Below, in pieces: positions 50,831 to 63,500 of a stretch of 64,000 nucleotides of DNA. The notes beneath the pieces were generated by a model. It saw only the letters and a program-made list of their open reading frames with translations. It was not told where the DNA came from and did no database searches. The stretch comes from Octopus sinensis (Eukaryota). Positions within the stretch are counted from its first letter, which is position 1. The number at the start of each line of letters is the position of its first letter. Location: NCBI RefSeq assembly GCF_006345805.1, contig NC_043017.1:5704001-5768000 (forward strand). Direction: 5' to 3'. The translations under genes and the position numbers were made by a program.

Positions 50831-51274
50831 TATTTTTATTATTAACACTGAGTACCCACCCATACGCCTGCTTTGCTGGTTTTAGAGGTTGTTTGATAGG
50901 AAGCGGCATGAGTAAAGAATAATTAGAATGGATAATTAAAATGGATAATCGTGAGGGGCATATTTGGTGAGATCCTACTGTTTCGTCACATCATTGCTAA
51001 TATTTATTTTCTTTCCTGTTAGGATCTGTTGAAACAGAAAAATAGCTGCTTCCGGTAACGACAGCAAGATGGCGGAAGTGGAGATGAGGGACTTCCTGCA
51101 GTGACTTTATAGCATTTATTGTGTGTGTGTGTGTGTGTGTCTGTGTGTGTGTCTGCATGCGTACATGTGTGTAGGTGTAAACAACTGTAGAGAATGCATT
51201 ATTGATAAGTGCAGCTGGAATAACGACAACAGCAACCTACAGCAGCAGCAACAGCAGCAGCAGAAACAACAACA

Positions 51275-51311
<37 letters not shown>

Positions 51312-51555
51312 TACTACTACTACTACAATAGCAGCTGTGACAAGCAACAATAGCGAAAATGTGGAAGGTACGAGCAGTATTCCAATGGCTGCCGAATTTA
51401 CCGAGATGATAAACAAAGATCTTATATTTTATGGGAAAGTGGTGGTGAGTACTACTCCAGAAGTAGAAATATTAGCGACTGAGATAACCATAAAGATAAT
51501 TTCCGCCACCAACAACATGAGCTATCGAGGGGAGGACTTTACGTGGTCGTTCTAC

Positions 51556-51735
51556 CTACTAGAAATAGCAACCAAATCTCTCTCAAATCATACAATACCA
51601 TCTTTATGAAATAAAGGATATTGGATAATGTAGTTTTTGATATATTGAGTCTGAATATGAATAATCGTAGTTGTAATGAATTTGATCATAAGTCTTCTCA
51701 ATCAGAGTTAATCAGGAGTTAAACAACAACAATAA
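51556..51735 (+). repeat. Dispersed repeat family E
   Basis: CTACTAGAAATAGCAACCAAATCTCTCTCAAATCATAC...TTTGATCATAAG...AAACAACAAC. Confidence 0.72.
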
Positions 51736-51886
51736 TAATAGTGACAACAATAGCAATAACAATTACAAGGAAAATACTAAGAACAACGAAATGCCGTTGA
51801 TAACATTTTCGTTGCTGCTGTTACTGTTGTTACCTCCAGGTGAAATTTGCATGCAATTGAAAAAAACCGATGATTTATGGGAGGAC

Positions 51887-51929
<43 letters not shown>

Positions 51930-52044
51930 TATATATATATCTTATGATAATATATTGATAAAGACGATAAAGGTGTATGTATACACGCTTAAGTACACGC
52001 AAATGCACGCACATATTCGCATATATATATATAATCTCTTTTTA

Positions 52045-52452
52045 CTCTCTTTTACTCTTTTACTTGTTTCAGTCATTTGACTGTGGCCATGCTGGAGCAC
52101 CGCCTTTAGTCGAGCAAACCGACCCCAGGACTTATTCTTTGTAAGCCTAGTACTTATTCTATCGGTCGCTTTTGCCGAACCGCTAAGTTACGGGGACGTA
52201 AACACACCAGCATCGGTTGTCAAGCGATGTTGGGGGTGGGGGGGTGGACACAGACGCACAAACACACACACACACATACATATACATATATACGACGGGC
52301 TTCTTTTCAGTTTCCGTCTACCAAATCCACTCACAAGGCTTTGGTCAACCCGAGGCTATAGTAGAAGACACTTGCAGAAGGTGCCACACAGTGGGACTGA
52401 ACCCGGAACCATGTGGTTCGTAAGCAAGCTACTTACCACTCAGACACTCCTA
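52045..52452 (-). mobile_element. SINE family B, full length, low divergence
   Basis: Complete reverse-complement consensus with an internal (CA)/(TA) microsatellite. Confidence 0.93.
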
Positions 52453-52514
52453 CATACACATATATATACAAAAACATTATGTTTTGGTGTATATGTATGC
52501 GCATGAATGCGCGC

Positions 52515-52569
<55 letters not shown>

Positions 52570-52844
52570 GACAGACAGACAGAGAATGAGAAAGACGGCG
52601 TGAGGCGACGGGAAGCGTTAAATCGAAAGTGAAACGAGACGTGTTGTGCGAATGAGAGCCAAATTAATATTCTAAGCTTGATTTCAACTTGATTTTCTTG
52701 CATTTATTTGTCCCACTGATATTAACAATAACATGAGCATCACAGATTGCAACTTATCTCTGCCTCATCACGTCTGCAATGTTAAATTGATTCATGCATC
52801 AATGTGCGTGCATGGGTATGGGTTGTGTGTGTGTGTGTGTTGTG

Positions 52845-53130
52845 TCTTTTACTTGTTTCTGTTATTGGATTGCGTTCTTGCTGGGGACACTGCGTTGGAA
52901 GACTGAGTCGAAGAAATGAACCCAAGTATTTATATTTCAAGTCTGACGGTTGTTTTGACAAACCGCTAAGTTGCTCTGCCAAGCGGTGGGGAAGAAGAGA
53001 AACATAACCAACGACACGTATAATTACACGCACGTTTATATATACGAGAGGCTTCTGTATAGTTTCCGTCTATCAAATTCATTCACAAGACATTGGTCGG
53101 CCGCGGGCTACAATTGTTGACACATGCCCA
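52845..53130 (-). mobile_element. SINE family B, old degenerate copy
   Basis: TTTACTTGTTTC...AACCGCTAAGTT...GTTTCCGTCTATCAAATTCATTCACAAG. Confidence 0.7.
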
Positions 53131-53244
53131 AACCGCATTGTTGTAAAGTACTTTCTGTGTGTGTGTGTGTGTGAGTGCGCGCGCGTATATATGTATGTAT
53201 ATATGTATATATATATATGTATATATGTATATATGTCAGTCACT

Positions 53245-53760
53245 TTCGAGTGCTACTGGTAACATGTAACCCAGTACAACCTGTTGCATGGTCGGGTCGT
53301 CAGCGACTAAACCGGAAACCCCACCAAGGTTGCTTGGTAGGAGGGTGTTTATTGGTCACCCTGCGGGATGAAAAACAAAACCCGTCAAAGGGCGGAAAAA
53401 CTCTTGAGAGTCAACGGCTATCCATTAAATGTCTTAAGGCTGTATCATGCACGGGGCCATAGAAATAATCGGACTGAATACCCGATCGCGCGGTTAAACC
53501 ATTGGGAGTGAAGGACTCCTAGCCTTTGTTAGGGCATCATTCTAGGAGAAGGTAACTCAGGTAACTGGGATAACTCTGAAATAAAACCTGCGGCTCAGTG
53601 GTTACCGATGATGTTGACTTGTTCTTCTTTTCGGATTATGGCTGCTGTTGCTTAGTGAGTGGGATTGACTCAGTGCACAGCCTTTCCTCACTTTAAAAAA
53701 AATCTTCTTGCACAGGCATTGCACGATAACAACATTGATTAAGCTTCATGCAATGGCCAT
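53245..53760 (+). mobile_element. RTE-like LINE 5' UTR fragment
   Basis: GC-rich; shares CATGGTCG..TC.GCGACTAAACCG and AAAC...CC.GTC.AAGGG.GG...CAACGG with 21935-22105; contains CTAGGAGAAGG.AACTC...TAAAACC, which I associate with RTE-type 5' UTRs. No ORF evidence. Confidence 0.5.
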
Positions 53761-54663
53761 ACTCGTTAACGAGGGGGCAGCTACCATATGTATATGTATA
53801 TATATAAAGAGTGAGAGTGTGAAATATAGATATGTATATGTATATATCTATACGTACATGCCTTTATATATATGCATCTAATAGTATGCATGTGTGTATG
53901 TACACGTACACATTGGTGTATGTATGTATGTATATATATGCATGTATGTATATATGCATGTATGTATGTATGTATGTATGTATGTATGTATGTATGTATA
54001 TATGCATGTATGTATGTATATATGCATGTATGTATGTATGTATATACGTATGTATGTATAAACATTTATTGTGTGCTTTTCAAAACAAAATCTTGTTTTT
54101 TTTTCTTTCCTGCTGTATGTTTGTCTGCGGATATGTATATGTTTATGTGTATATGTATATGCGCATGCCTACCTAAATTTGTATATACAAGTATGAGTGC
54201 ATTTTGTAAGTCATAATTCTCTATTCAATAGCATGCATATAAAAACTGTCGAATCAACATCCCTTACGGCAACACGGTGCATGAAAGATATTAACACCGG
54301 GACATTTTGAAATTCTTTCCATATTTATCACATGGTGTCTAAGAAACATTTATTTATTGATTGATGCATTGTTCTCATTATTATTATTATTCATATTGAA
54401 ATTCATTTTATTATCATCATTATCATCATCATCGTCGTCGTCGTCATCATCATCATCATCATTATCATTGTTATCGTTATTATTATTCCCATCATCATCT
54501 TTATTATTATCTCCATAATTTTCATTATCATCATCATCATCATTATTTTAGGGCTTGTGCCAAAATCTGAAACAATATAGTAGTAGTAGTAGTAGTAGTA
54601 GAGTAGTAGTAGTAGTAGTAGTGGTGGTGGTGGTGGTGGTAGTGGTGGTGGTAGTAGTGGTAG

Positions 54664-54694
<31 letters not shown>

Positions 54695-54857
54695 CAGCAG
54701 CAGGAGCAGCAGCAACGCAAGTAATAAGTATGTTTCTTTTTATATATTGTATTTTATTTTACTACATTTCCTGCCACAATTGACTTATATGTGCAGTGTG
54801 TTATACTTGTCATTTATCCCACTGATGGTGAACTTGTATTTTTCTTTCTCTTCTTTG

Positions 54858-54916
<59 letters not shown>

Positions 54917-55332
54917 TTGGGGCAGGGTATATTGATTTCTTTAATATTCAAACCCTGTTCATATCTTAACCTCTTCGATAAGACTTTCAATCATTATGCA
55001 ACGACAGCAGAATATATTACAGGAAAGTTCAACATTAACTCGCCAAAACTGCTGGCGAGTGTGTATATGTATAAGTATGTGTGTTTGTGTGTGTGTTTGT
55101 GTGTGAGTGTGTAGAGAGAGAAAGAGGCGAAGAGGTGGAGGGGAGGGAGAGAGAGAGAGCTTCTTAAGGTGTTGTATTTTTGTGTGAGGTGGTGAAGCGG
55201 TGCCATAAACATATGTGATTTGATATCTTTTTTATGAAACGTCTCTCATAAAATAATAACATGATGTATTGGTTGTTCTGTAAATATTGTCAGTAAAACT
55301 GAATTGATAGTGTCAGTGAGAAAGAGTAAGAC

Positions 55333-55373
<41 letters not shown>

Positions 55374-56712
55374 AGAGACACACACACACAGAGACAGACA
55401 GATATGTATGATGTTTTACACCACACACACACAAACAGACACAGCTATATATAATATATATATATATAAAACATATATTATATGTATATATATATATATT
55501 CATATATATATACATATAGATATATATATGCATATATATATATATATATTCATATATTTTGTATATATATACATGTATATATATTTTATACCGTATATAG
55601 TAGTAGTAGTAGTAGTAGTAAATTATATATATAACATATATAACATATATATATATATATATATTAATAATATCTATAATATATACACACATAGATATAT
55701 ATATACACACACCACATACAACATTATGTATATGTGTGGTGTGGTGTACAGAGAGAGAAAGAAAGAGAGAGAACGAAAAAGAAAAAAGAGAGAAGAGAGA
55801 GATTAAGATGTTGGTTTATGGCAAGTCGTATAATATTCTGTTTATTTGTGTAACTTCTTACCCACCCCCAACCCCAAACCCCCGACACTTTGTTAATCTT
55901 TATGATAGCTTATGTCTCAAGAAATGATATTTACAAAGTTATTGAACAGCCAAAAGAGAGATGGATCGATAAATATATTCATACATACACACACACACAC
56001 ATATACATACAAACTTACACACACACACACACACACACGTACACACACACACACGCACATAGATACACACAAGATGATAATAATGATGACAACACATCAT
56101 CAATATCATGCTTTCAATCTGATGATGAGCCGAGATGGTCTTGAAATAGATTCATGGATTTAGGAACACTATTGTTCCTAAGTAAATATAAAAGGGTTTC
56201 AAAAAATCCCCAAATGAAAAAACATCAATATCAAAAATTGTTGTCTCTTAATATAATGTGATATAATATAATATAATTGAATATCATCGAATATGATAAA
56301 ATAGCATAGAATATGATGTAACATAATAGAATATATATATAATGTAATAAGTATAATACAAACAGTAGTGGTGGTGGTGGTGGTGGTGGTGGTGGTAGTA
56401 GTAGTAGTAGTGTAGTAGTAGTAGTAGTAGTAGTAGTTAGTAGTTGTAAAATTTTCTTCATTAGCCTTAAGGATTCGAAGATATACAGAAGACATCTACG
56501 AAACTTTCGCTTGGGGCTACAAAATGGCGCCGTATGTGTGAAAGACAAGAGTACAAATCCGGAAGGGCGGTATGGGAAGCGTTATACAATATATGGAAGG
56601 AAGAATTAAAATATTTAATTCATATACATCCATACATTCAACATACGCACATGTACACATATGTACATACATACATGTACAAAGGTATGTAAAAGAATCT
56701 TTTATCTTTTAT

Positions 56713-56911
56713 ATTTTACTTGTTACAGTCGTTTGACTGCGGCCATGCTGGAGCACCGCCTTTAGTCGAGCAAATCGACCCCGGGACTTATTCTTTGTAA
56801 GCCCAGTACTTATTCTATCGGTCTCTTTTGCCGAAACGCTAACTGACGGGGACGTAAACACACCAGCATCGGTTGTCAAGCAATGCTAGGGGGACAAACA
56901 CAGACACACAA

Positions 56912-56968
<57 letters not shown>

Positions 56969-57140
56969 CATATATACGACAGGCTTCTTTCAGTTTCTGC
57001 CTACCAAATCCACTCACAAGGCATTGGTCGGTCCGGGGCTATAGCAGAAGACACTTGCCCAAGATGCCACGCAGTGGGACTGAACCCGGAACCATGTGGT
57101 TGGTTAGCAAGCTACTTACAACACAGCCACTCCTGCGCCT
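56713..57140 (-). mobile_element. SINE family B, full length, low divergence
   Basis: Complete reverse-complement consensus ending CAGCCACTCCTGCGCCT. Confidence 0.93.
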
Positions 57141-57600
57141 GTGTACGAGGAAATACAATAATTAAAACAGGATATAATTAGAAAACAATAAAGCATCAAA
57201 ATTACGATTTAGGCTGAGTTAAAATACTCCATGACTGTCGCTGAACCAGATCTCAAATTGTGTACCTGTATAAGTGAATGCACAGGTAAGCATTTTTTTG
57301 AAACATTTGGTGTTGAAAATTGACATCTCGGTCGTATTCTCTTTTATGTTCGATGTAACATTTAGTTTTAATTGTACCAAAAAAAACCTATGTCTTGCAT
57401 GTTGTTTACATTTTGAATCTTATGTTTTTTTCTGTCCGTGGCACCACACATAACTTAAATGTTTGTTTGATTTCGAAGAACTACAATCTTTAAGTCATCT
57501 TCGTTTTCTTTGTTAATTTTTCTGAGGAAGGATTTCATTGTCGCTTTAAAGAAATTGCTTCTTCTCATCCGTTTTCATTGTTTTAAGCTGTTTTCTTTTC

Positions 57601-57655
<55 letters not shown>

Positions 57656-57946
57656 TTCTCCTTCTCTCTATCTCTCCCCCCTCTCTCTCCTTTGGTTGTG
57701 AAGTTTTTTCCTCTTGTTGCTTTCGTGCTTTTTCCTGACTGTTGTAGGTTTTCACCTGGAGTTACTTTTTCTTCCTCATCAGACCATGATGATGGTGCAC
57801 TACTTTCTGGTTAACTCTGTTACGAGATAAGAAGCTTGCTCATCTGTGTTTCTAATAATGTATTTCATTTGTTGCCACCAAGAAACTAGGGTTTTTTCTT
57901 TTTGCCGTTGGAGTTGATTTTCATAATTTTTCTATTATTATTATTA

Positions 57947-58055
<109 letters not shown>

Positions 58056-58071
58056 TATTATTATTTTCATT

Positions 58072-58470
58072 AGCATCTTTCAATTCTGTTTCCATTTCCC
58101 GCCGAGTGTCTTCCTGACACCTAGGGCAGAGAAATGTACTGGATACATTGGTAGGCCATTAGAATAAACACACCAGATTGTTCATTTACAAAGTCATGTA
58201 ATAGAGAAAAAGGGGGAGACAGACAGAAAAAGGAAAAAAATTTAGAAAATAAAAAGTAAACAAATAAAATAAAGGGCGGGGAAAGAAAATTCACAGCGAC
58301 AATGCTCTTCTCAATATGCGTGACGCACCAGTTAAGACAATCTTTTGCACTTCCTGTAAGGATGGTAAGCCAGGGATCATTCTCAACTAATTTTCAGTTC
58401 TTTTTTTGATCATTCCAAGTGCCCCTACAATCACTGGTATTGTAACCGTCTTGAGATGTTACATCTTTTC
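58072..58470 (-). mobile_element. R4/Dong extreme 3' end with 3' UTR and (TAA)n tail
   Basis: Minus frame IEIEKM.HLKTVTIPVIVGALGMIKK...LQEVQKIVLTGASRILRRALSL*, then about 220 nt of UTR running into TAATAATAA and the 57935-58072 compound trinucleotide array. Confidence 0.88.
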
Positions 58471-58479
58471 GATTTCGAT

Positions 58480-58600
58480 GAACTCGCTCGCCTAGGCAGC
58501 GGGGTGGCGTCATTTGAAGGCTAAAATAATGAAAAAGCGCATTGTGACCAGCGACGTGTAACTAGATCTGATAGCCTGGTCAGTCACGTGATCACGTGAT
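58480..58600 (+). mobile_element. SINE family D tail
   Basis: GCGGGGTGGCGTCATTTGAAGGCTAAA...GTCACGTGATCACGTGAT, as at 26630-26742. Confidence 0.85.
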
Positions 58601-58679
58601 ATCTATCTATTTATATATTTCTATCTATCTATCTATCTATCTATATATATATATATATATATATAATCAAAATAAGCAT

Positions 58680-59880
58680 CATGATACCAAGAGGTGGTGC
58701 AGTACGACCGTTTCAAGCGGCTCCATTTAATTGAACAATGCTATAATTGTATCAATTTAAATGCAGCGCTATTCTCAGCTGCATAAATAAATAGAATTTT
58801 TAATCAGTTAGACGCATTAATATAATTTTACTCACATTCTCTAATAGAGTAAAAAGAGGGGAAAAGTCAATGTTGCTACTAATGCAACTCAGAATATACT
58901 ACACTTCTTAGAACTGTATGAAGTTTGTTAGGGTCATAGCTTGTAAAGGATTGTGGTTCATTTTTAATTTATTAGTCTTTTATCAACTACCAAATATAAG
59001 TCTAGAGGACAGTGTCTATTTAGAATGGATAGACAGAGTAAGTTGGCAGTTTATAGTTGGGTATGACCATACCCAACTATAAACTGTCAACATAGAGGAC
59101 GGATAAATTTAAATATTTGAGTGTGTCAGTTTTTTGTAAAATATGTCTGTTGTGACTGTGGAGTTCTGTATTTTTATGTGGATATCCAGGAATGGTAGTT
59201 CATTAACAAACTGAATTCTTTCGTGAATTTGATGGACGGGTGAAGTGTGTTCAGTATATTATTAAATATATACTGAACACACATGGAAGAAAACGTATTG
59301 AATATGGACATACCACTGATGAATGGGGAACGAACCCTCGAGCATTCGATTTGTAAACCAATAATTTAACGATTTAAACTACTGCATTTTCCACGCTTTC
59401 TTTTCACCGCCTTCTAAATGCTCTTGCATAACTCTTTTCTATTTCCTCGTATCTCTTTAATATTTACCGGGTTTTGAAATATAATAGCCAAAGCATGTCA
59501 ATATTTCCATAAAAATTTATGTATCTGCCACAAATTGCCGCCAACGTCATGTGTGGTTAACTGTACGAACTGATGACAAAGTCATTTGACGTTAATAGGA
59601 GAAAATTCGACATTAATAGAAGAGATGTCCAGTTTCTTAACCAGTAAATTAAGGTAAAGTATTACTGAGGAATTTATGATTCATAAACAGAAAGAGAAAC
59701 GTAGAAATTAGAAACGTAGTTATGAACAGCAAATAACAAATTGAAAAACAGTATGTTTCAGATGAATAATATAATTTAGCGGTTTAATAACTTGGATTTG
59801 TAGGTTTTCAGATTCATCTTTCTAACCGAAATATCATTCTGTCTTCGGCTTTCACCAATACCGTTGTCATTATTACGGTA
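58680..59880 (-). mobile_element. Decayed Penelope-like element
   Basis: Minus frame HPSIKFTKEF...ELPFLDIHIKIQNSTVTTDIFYKKTD (Penelope RT thumb); GAAACGGTC terminal motif near 58705. Confidence 0.75.
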
Positions 59881-59979
59881 AATTACAAGACTCTATGATA
59901 CAAACACAAATAGCATAATCCCAACGGAAATAGTATTGATTGTAATGTTTATATATGTAAATGGTATCAGGCTATATAC

Positions 59980-60088
59980 ATACATGTGTATATATATATA
60001 TATATGTATATATGTTAATAATAATATGGAGTATGGAGATTTGCACATCCACTATTTTATTTACAGTTATATACAGCAGATTACAATT

Positions 60089-60120
<32 letters not shown>

Positions 60121-60166
60121 ATATATATATATGGTATATATTGTATATATATGGTATATATTATGG

Positions 60167-60197
<31 letters not shown>

Positions 60198-60379
60198 TAT
60201 TATATATATATATATACATATATATATGTATGTATGTATATATATATGTATATGTATATATATATGATGTGTATATATATATATATTCATCCATGCATAC
60301 ACTCATACACATACATACATACATACATACACACTTCCCCATATATATGTATATATATGTATATATATATGTATATATA

Positions 60380-60449
<70 letters not shown>

Positions 60450-60510
60450 TGTATGCATGCATGCATGCATGTATGTATGTATGTATGTATGTATGTATGT
60501 ATGTATGTAT
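59980..60510. repeat. Compound (AT)n/(ATGT)n microsatellite
   Basis: Direct inspection. Confidence 0.95.
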
Positions 60511-60905
60511 GTGTCAGGTAGAGAGATGGAGAAGAAAGAATGAGTAAGAGAGATGTATAATGGTCGAATGACTTTGCAAGTCTTCCTTCAAGAGTGCTAG
60601 CATATTTGTGACGTCATTAATTTTCTTTTATGAGAATTTATCCTATAATTAGACTTTTATATAATACAAGAAATAAAATCATCCTAAGCCTGAAATAGTT
60701 CAAGTAAACTCGTGTTTCAATGGATGTGAGGTACTCGTACATTATAGTAGAATATAATACTTAGAATTACAATTGGAATTAATAACTTTGGAATTAAGCT
60801 AAAAATATGAGCCGTAATAGTTCAAAACACAGTCGTTATATTATACAATATTTGAGTTTATATAGTTAATTACTTAATCTGAGAGATAGAATATTGTAGA
60901 ATATT

Positions 60906-61070
60906 GGTTTCAAATTTTTTCACAAGTATAACAATTTCGGAGAAGGTGTTAAGTCGATTACATCGACGCCAAAAGGATGCGAGGCATTTGAACTCAGAAC
61001 GTAAAGACGAACGAAATGCCGCTAGGCATTTTCCCCGACGTGCTAACGTTTCTGCCAGCTCACCGCCTTA
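60906..61070 (-). mobile_element. SINE family A
   Basis: Reverse-complement head (CTGCCAGCTCACCGCCTTA) and GAACTCAGAACGTAAAGACG. Confidence 0.85.
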
Positions 61071-61559
61071 ATACTGTAGAATATTAAGTCCTGCTTGCTT
61101 ATATTTATATTTGTATTGTCCAAAAGACTTAGCAACTTTCTCTGTGGCTTCAGAAATGGAACGTATGTCTTCGCCTCTCGTCTCTTTGTTACATCATTGG
61201 TTTGAAGCCTACAAATGACTTTGCAAGGTGCCTTGCAAACCCATGCCCCTCCAGCAGTGTATTTCATTTACATTATATCGAGACTGCCAGCCTCCCCTTC
61301 AACACTGTTTCACCAGATCCTGATATTTGAGAAGCTTACCCTCATTTGATTCCCTTCATGTGCTCTTTCTATGATCTAGTCAGTTACTACATGATCTTCT
61401 GTTTAGTGGAATCTGAGAATGTCATCATGTATGGGCGGAATCCTGTTTGTATGATCTGATCAAGGAACTTTACGTGTTTTGCATCAGTGGTTCTCATGCA
61501 TGACTTTAACAGGTCCTTCGTGACCAGTGAGTTTGATTACGCTAAGGTTCCACTTAAAC

Positions 61560-61814
61560 TAGCGGTTCTCCATCGAGGCCCATATGACCCTTATAAGATC
61601 CATATCAGATTCTGTTAATAAAGTTTATGTGCAATAAACTGGTTCTACTTCTACAATACAGGCAATAGTTTTGCAATTTTTTAAATACAATTCCTAATAT
61701 TTAATCATAAAAGTTTAACACGATTTTTTAAATCGTCGAATCGCTCTGAAGGTCCATCCGAGTAAAATAGGAATCAAAAGGGGTCCCTAGACAAAATATG
61801 GTTGCGAATAACTG
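61560..61814. mobile_element. hAT-type MITE (opposite orientation to 42011)
   Basis: (T)AGCGGTTCTCC and GGTTGCGAATAACTG termini; the interior aligns to the reverse complement of 42011-42263. Confidence 0.8.
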
Positions 61815-62889
61815 GTTTTGTGGAATCTGAGAGTATCGTTATGTCTAGGCGGAGTGTTGTTTGTATGATCTGGTCAAAGAACTTTAGATGTTTTACATGA
61901 CCTTCACTCAGCTGTCAATTTGGGGCAAAGGAAAGTAAGAACGTAGTTGTCAAACTTATTCAATTTTTCCTCTCCCCAGCTTCGAGAGAAAGGGATGCTC
62001 TCCTTTCTCATATGTTGTTAACCAGAGTGAACGGCTCTGGTGACTGCTTCTGCAACCGCTAAAATCGCTAACGAGTAACGTTGAATTCACATTAAAAATA
62101 TACATTAACACGGTCGAGACACGATGAAGACATGAATACTTCAAATTTAAAGCAGCAAATCATGAAAAAGAGACAAGTACACTCGAAACATTGCTTTTCA
62201 CAAAATACTGGACATTAGTTCCACTTACTGGTTGACACAATAGAAAGATAAATCAAAATCACTGGTTGTAAACAAGAAGAAATGAAGAAATACCAAAATT
62301 AAACTATAATCATGTTTTCAATTTCTCCTCCAATTCCCTGTATGTGTCTGTCCTTTTCTCTCTAACACACACACTCATGCAGACACACCAATATAAGTGT
62401 GTGTCTGTGCCTGTTTATGTACGTATGTATATGTACATATATACATAGATAAATATAAATATATCTATGAGTACATATATATATATATATAATATATATA
62501 TAACACCCACAGGCACGTACATACACAGCAGTATATACATACACATACAGCAGTAAAGACAGTGTAAAGCAGTCGGGTGAAATGACTTAACACAATCTGT
62601 GTGTGTTAACAGTAAAATCACTACATCATATTCCTGTCTAGACACCTTCAAAGATCTTCTGCTATTGATCAAAGTTAATCGATATTTATTATTACCACCA
62701 CACTCTATGTTTCACCCAGTTTCTCCTTGTTTTTATTTATTATTCTCTTTTTCCTTTTTAGATCTATTTCTTTCTTTTTCATTATTATTTTTATTATTAT
62801 CTTTTTATATATTTTTTGTTTTGTTGTGTCTCTCTCGTTAGATTACGTGAACTTCTCTTCTTAGCTCCGGAGACAGATTCTACGTATAG

Positions 62890-62941
62890 CAAACTCACAC
62901 ACACATACATATATGCATACATACATACATACATACATACA

Positions 62942-62975
<34 letters not shown>

Positions 62976-63045
62976 CATACACACAGACTTATGTACATAC
63001 ATACAGACAACAAATATATATATATATATTTATTATATTATATAT

Positions 63046-63079
<34 letters not shown>

Positions 63080-63084
63080 ATATA

Positions 63085-63119
<35 letters not shown>

Positions 63120-63275
63120 TATATATATGTATGTGTGGTGTGTGTGTATATAACTGTACGTATGTATATAAATATGTTTGTGCGTATATATATATGTGTA
63201 TAAATATGCGTCTGTATATATCAGTGTATTATGTATATTACATATGCACACGCATAATCATAAATGTTCGTACGA

Positions 63276-63306
<31 letters not shown>

Positions 63307-63500
63307 TATATATATATATGCATAATTATATATGTATATACATACATAAATACATATGTACATACTTGCATGCATGCATACATACATACAAACAAACAAA
63401 CATACAAACAAACATACATACATATATCCATACATACATACATACATACATACATACATACATACATACATACATACATACATACATACATACATACATA
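62890..63500. repeat. Compound (TACA)/(AT) microsatellite
   Basis: Direct inspection. Confidence 0.95.

Noticed and set aside
51202-51609. 135-aa ORF
   Set aside because: Made of trinucleotide repeats, decayed low-complexity sequence and the start of a family E repeat.
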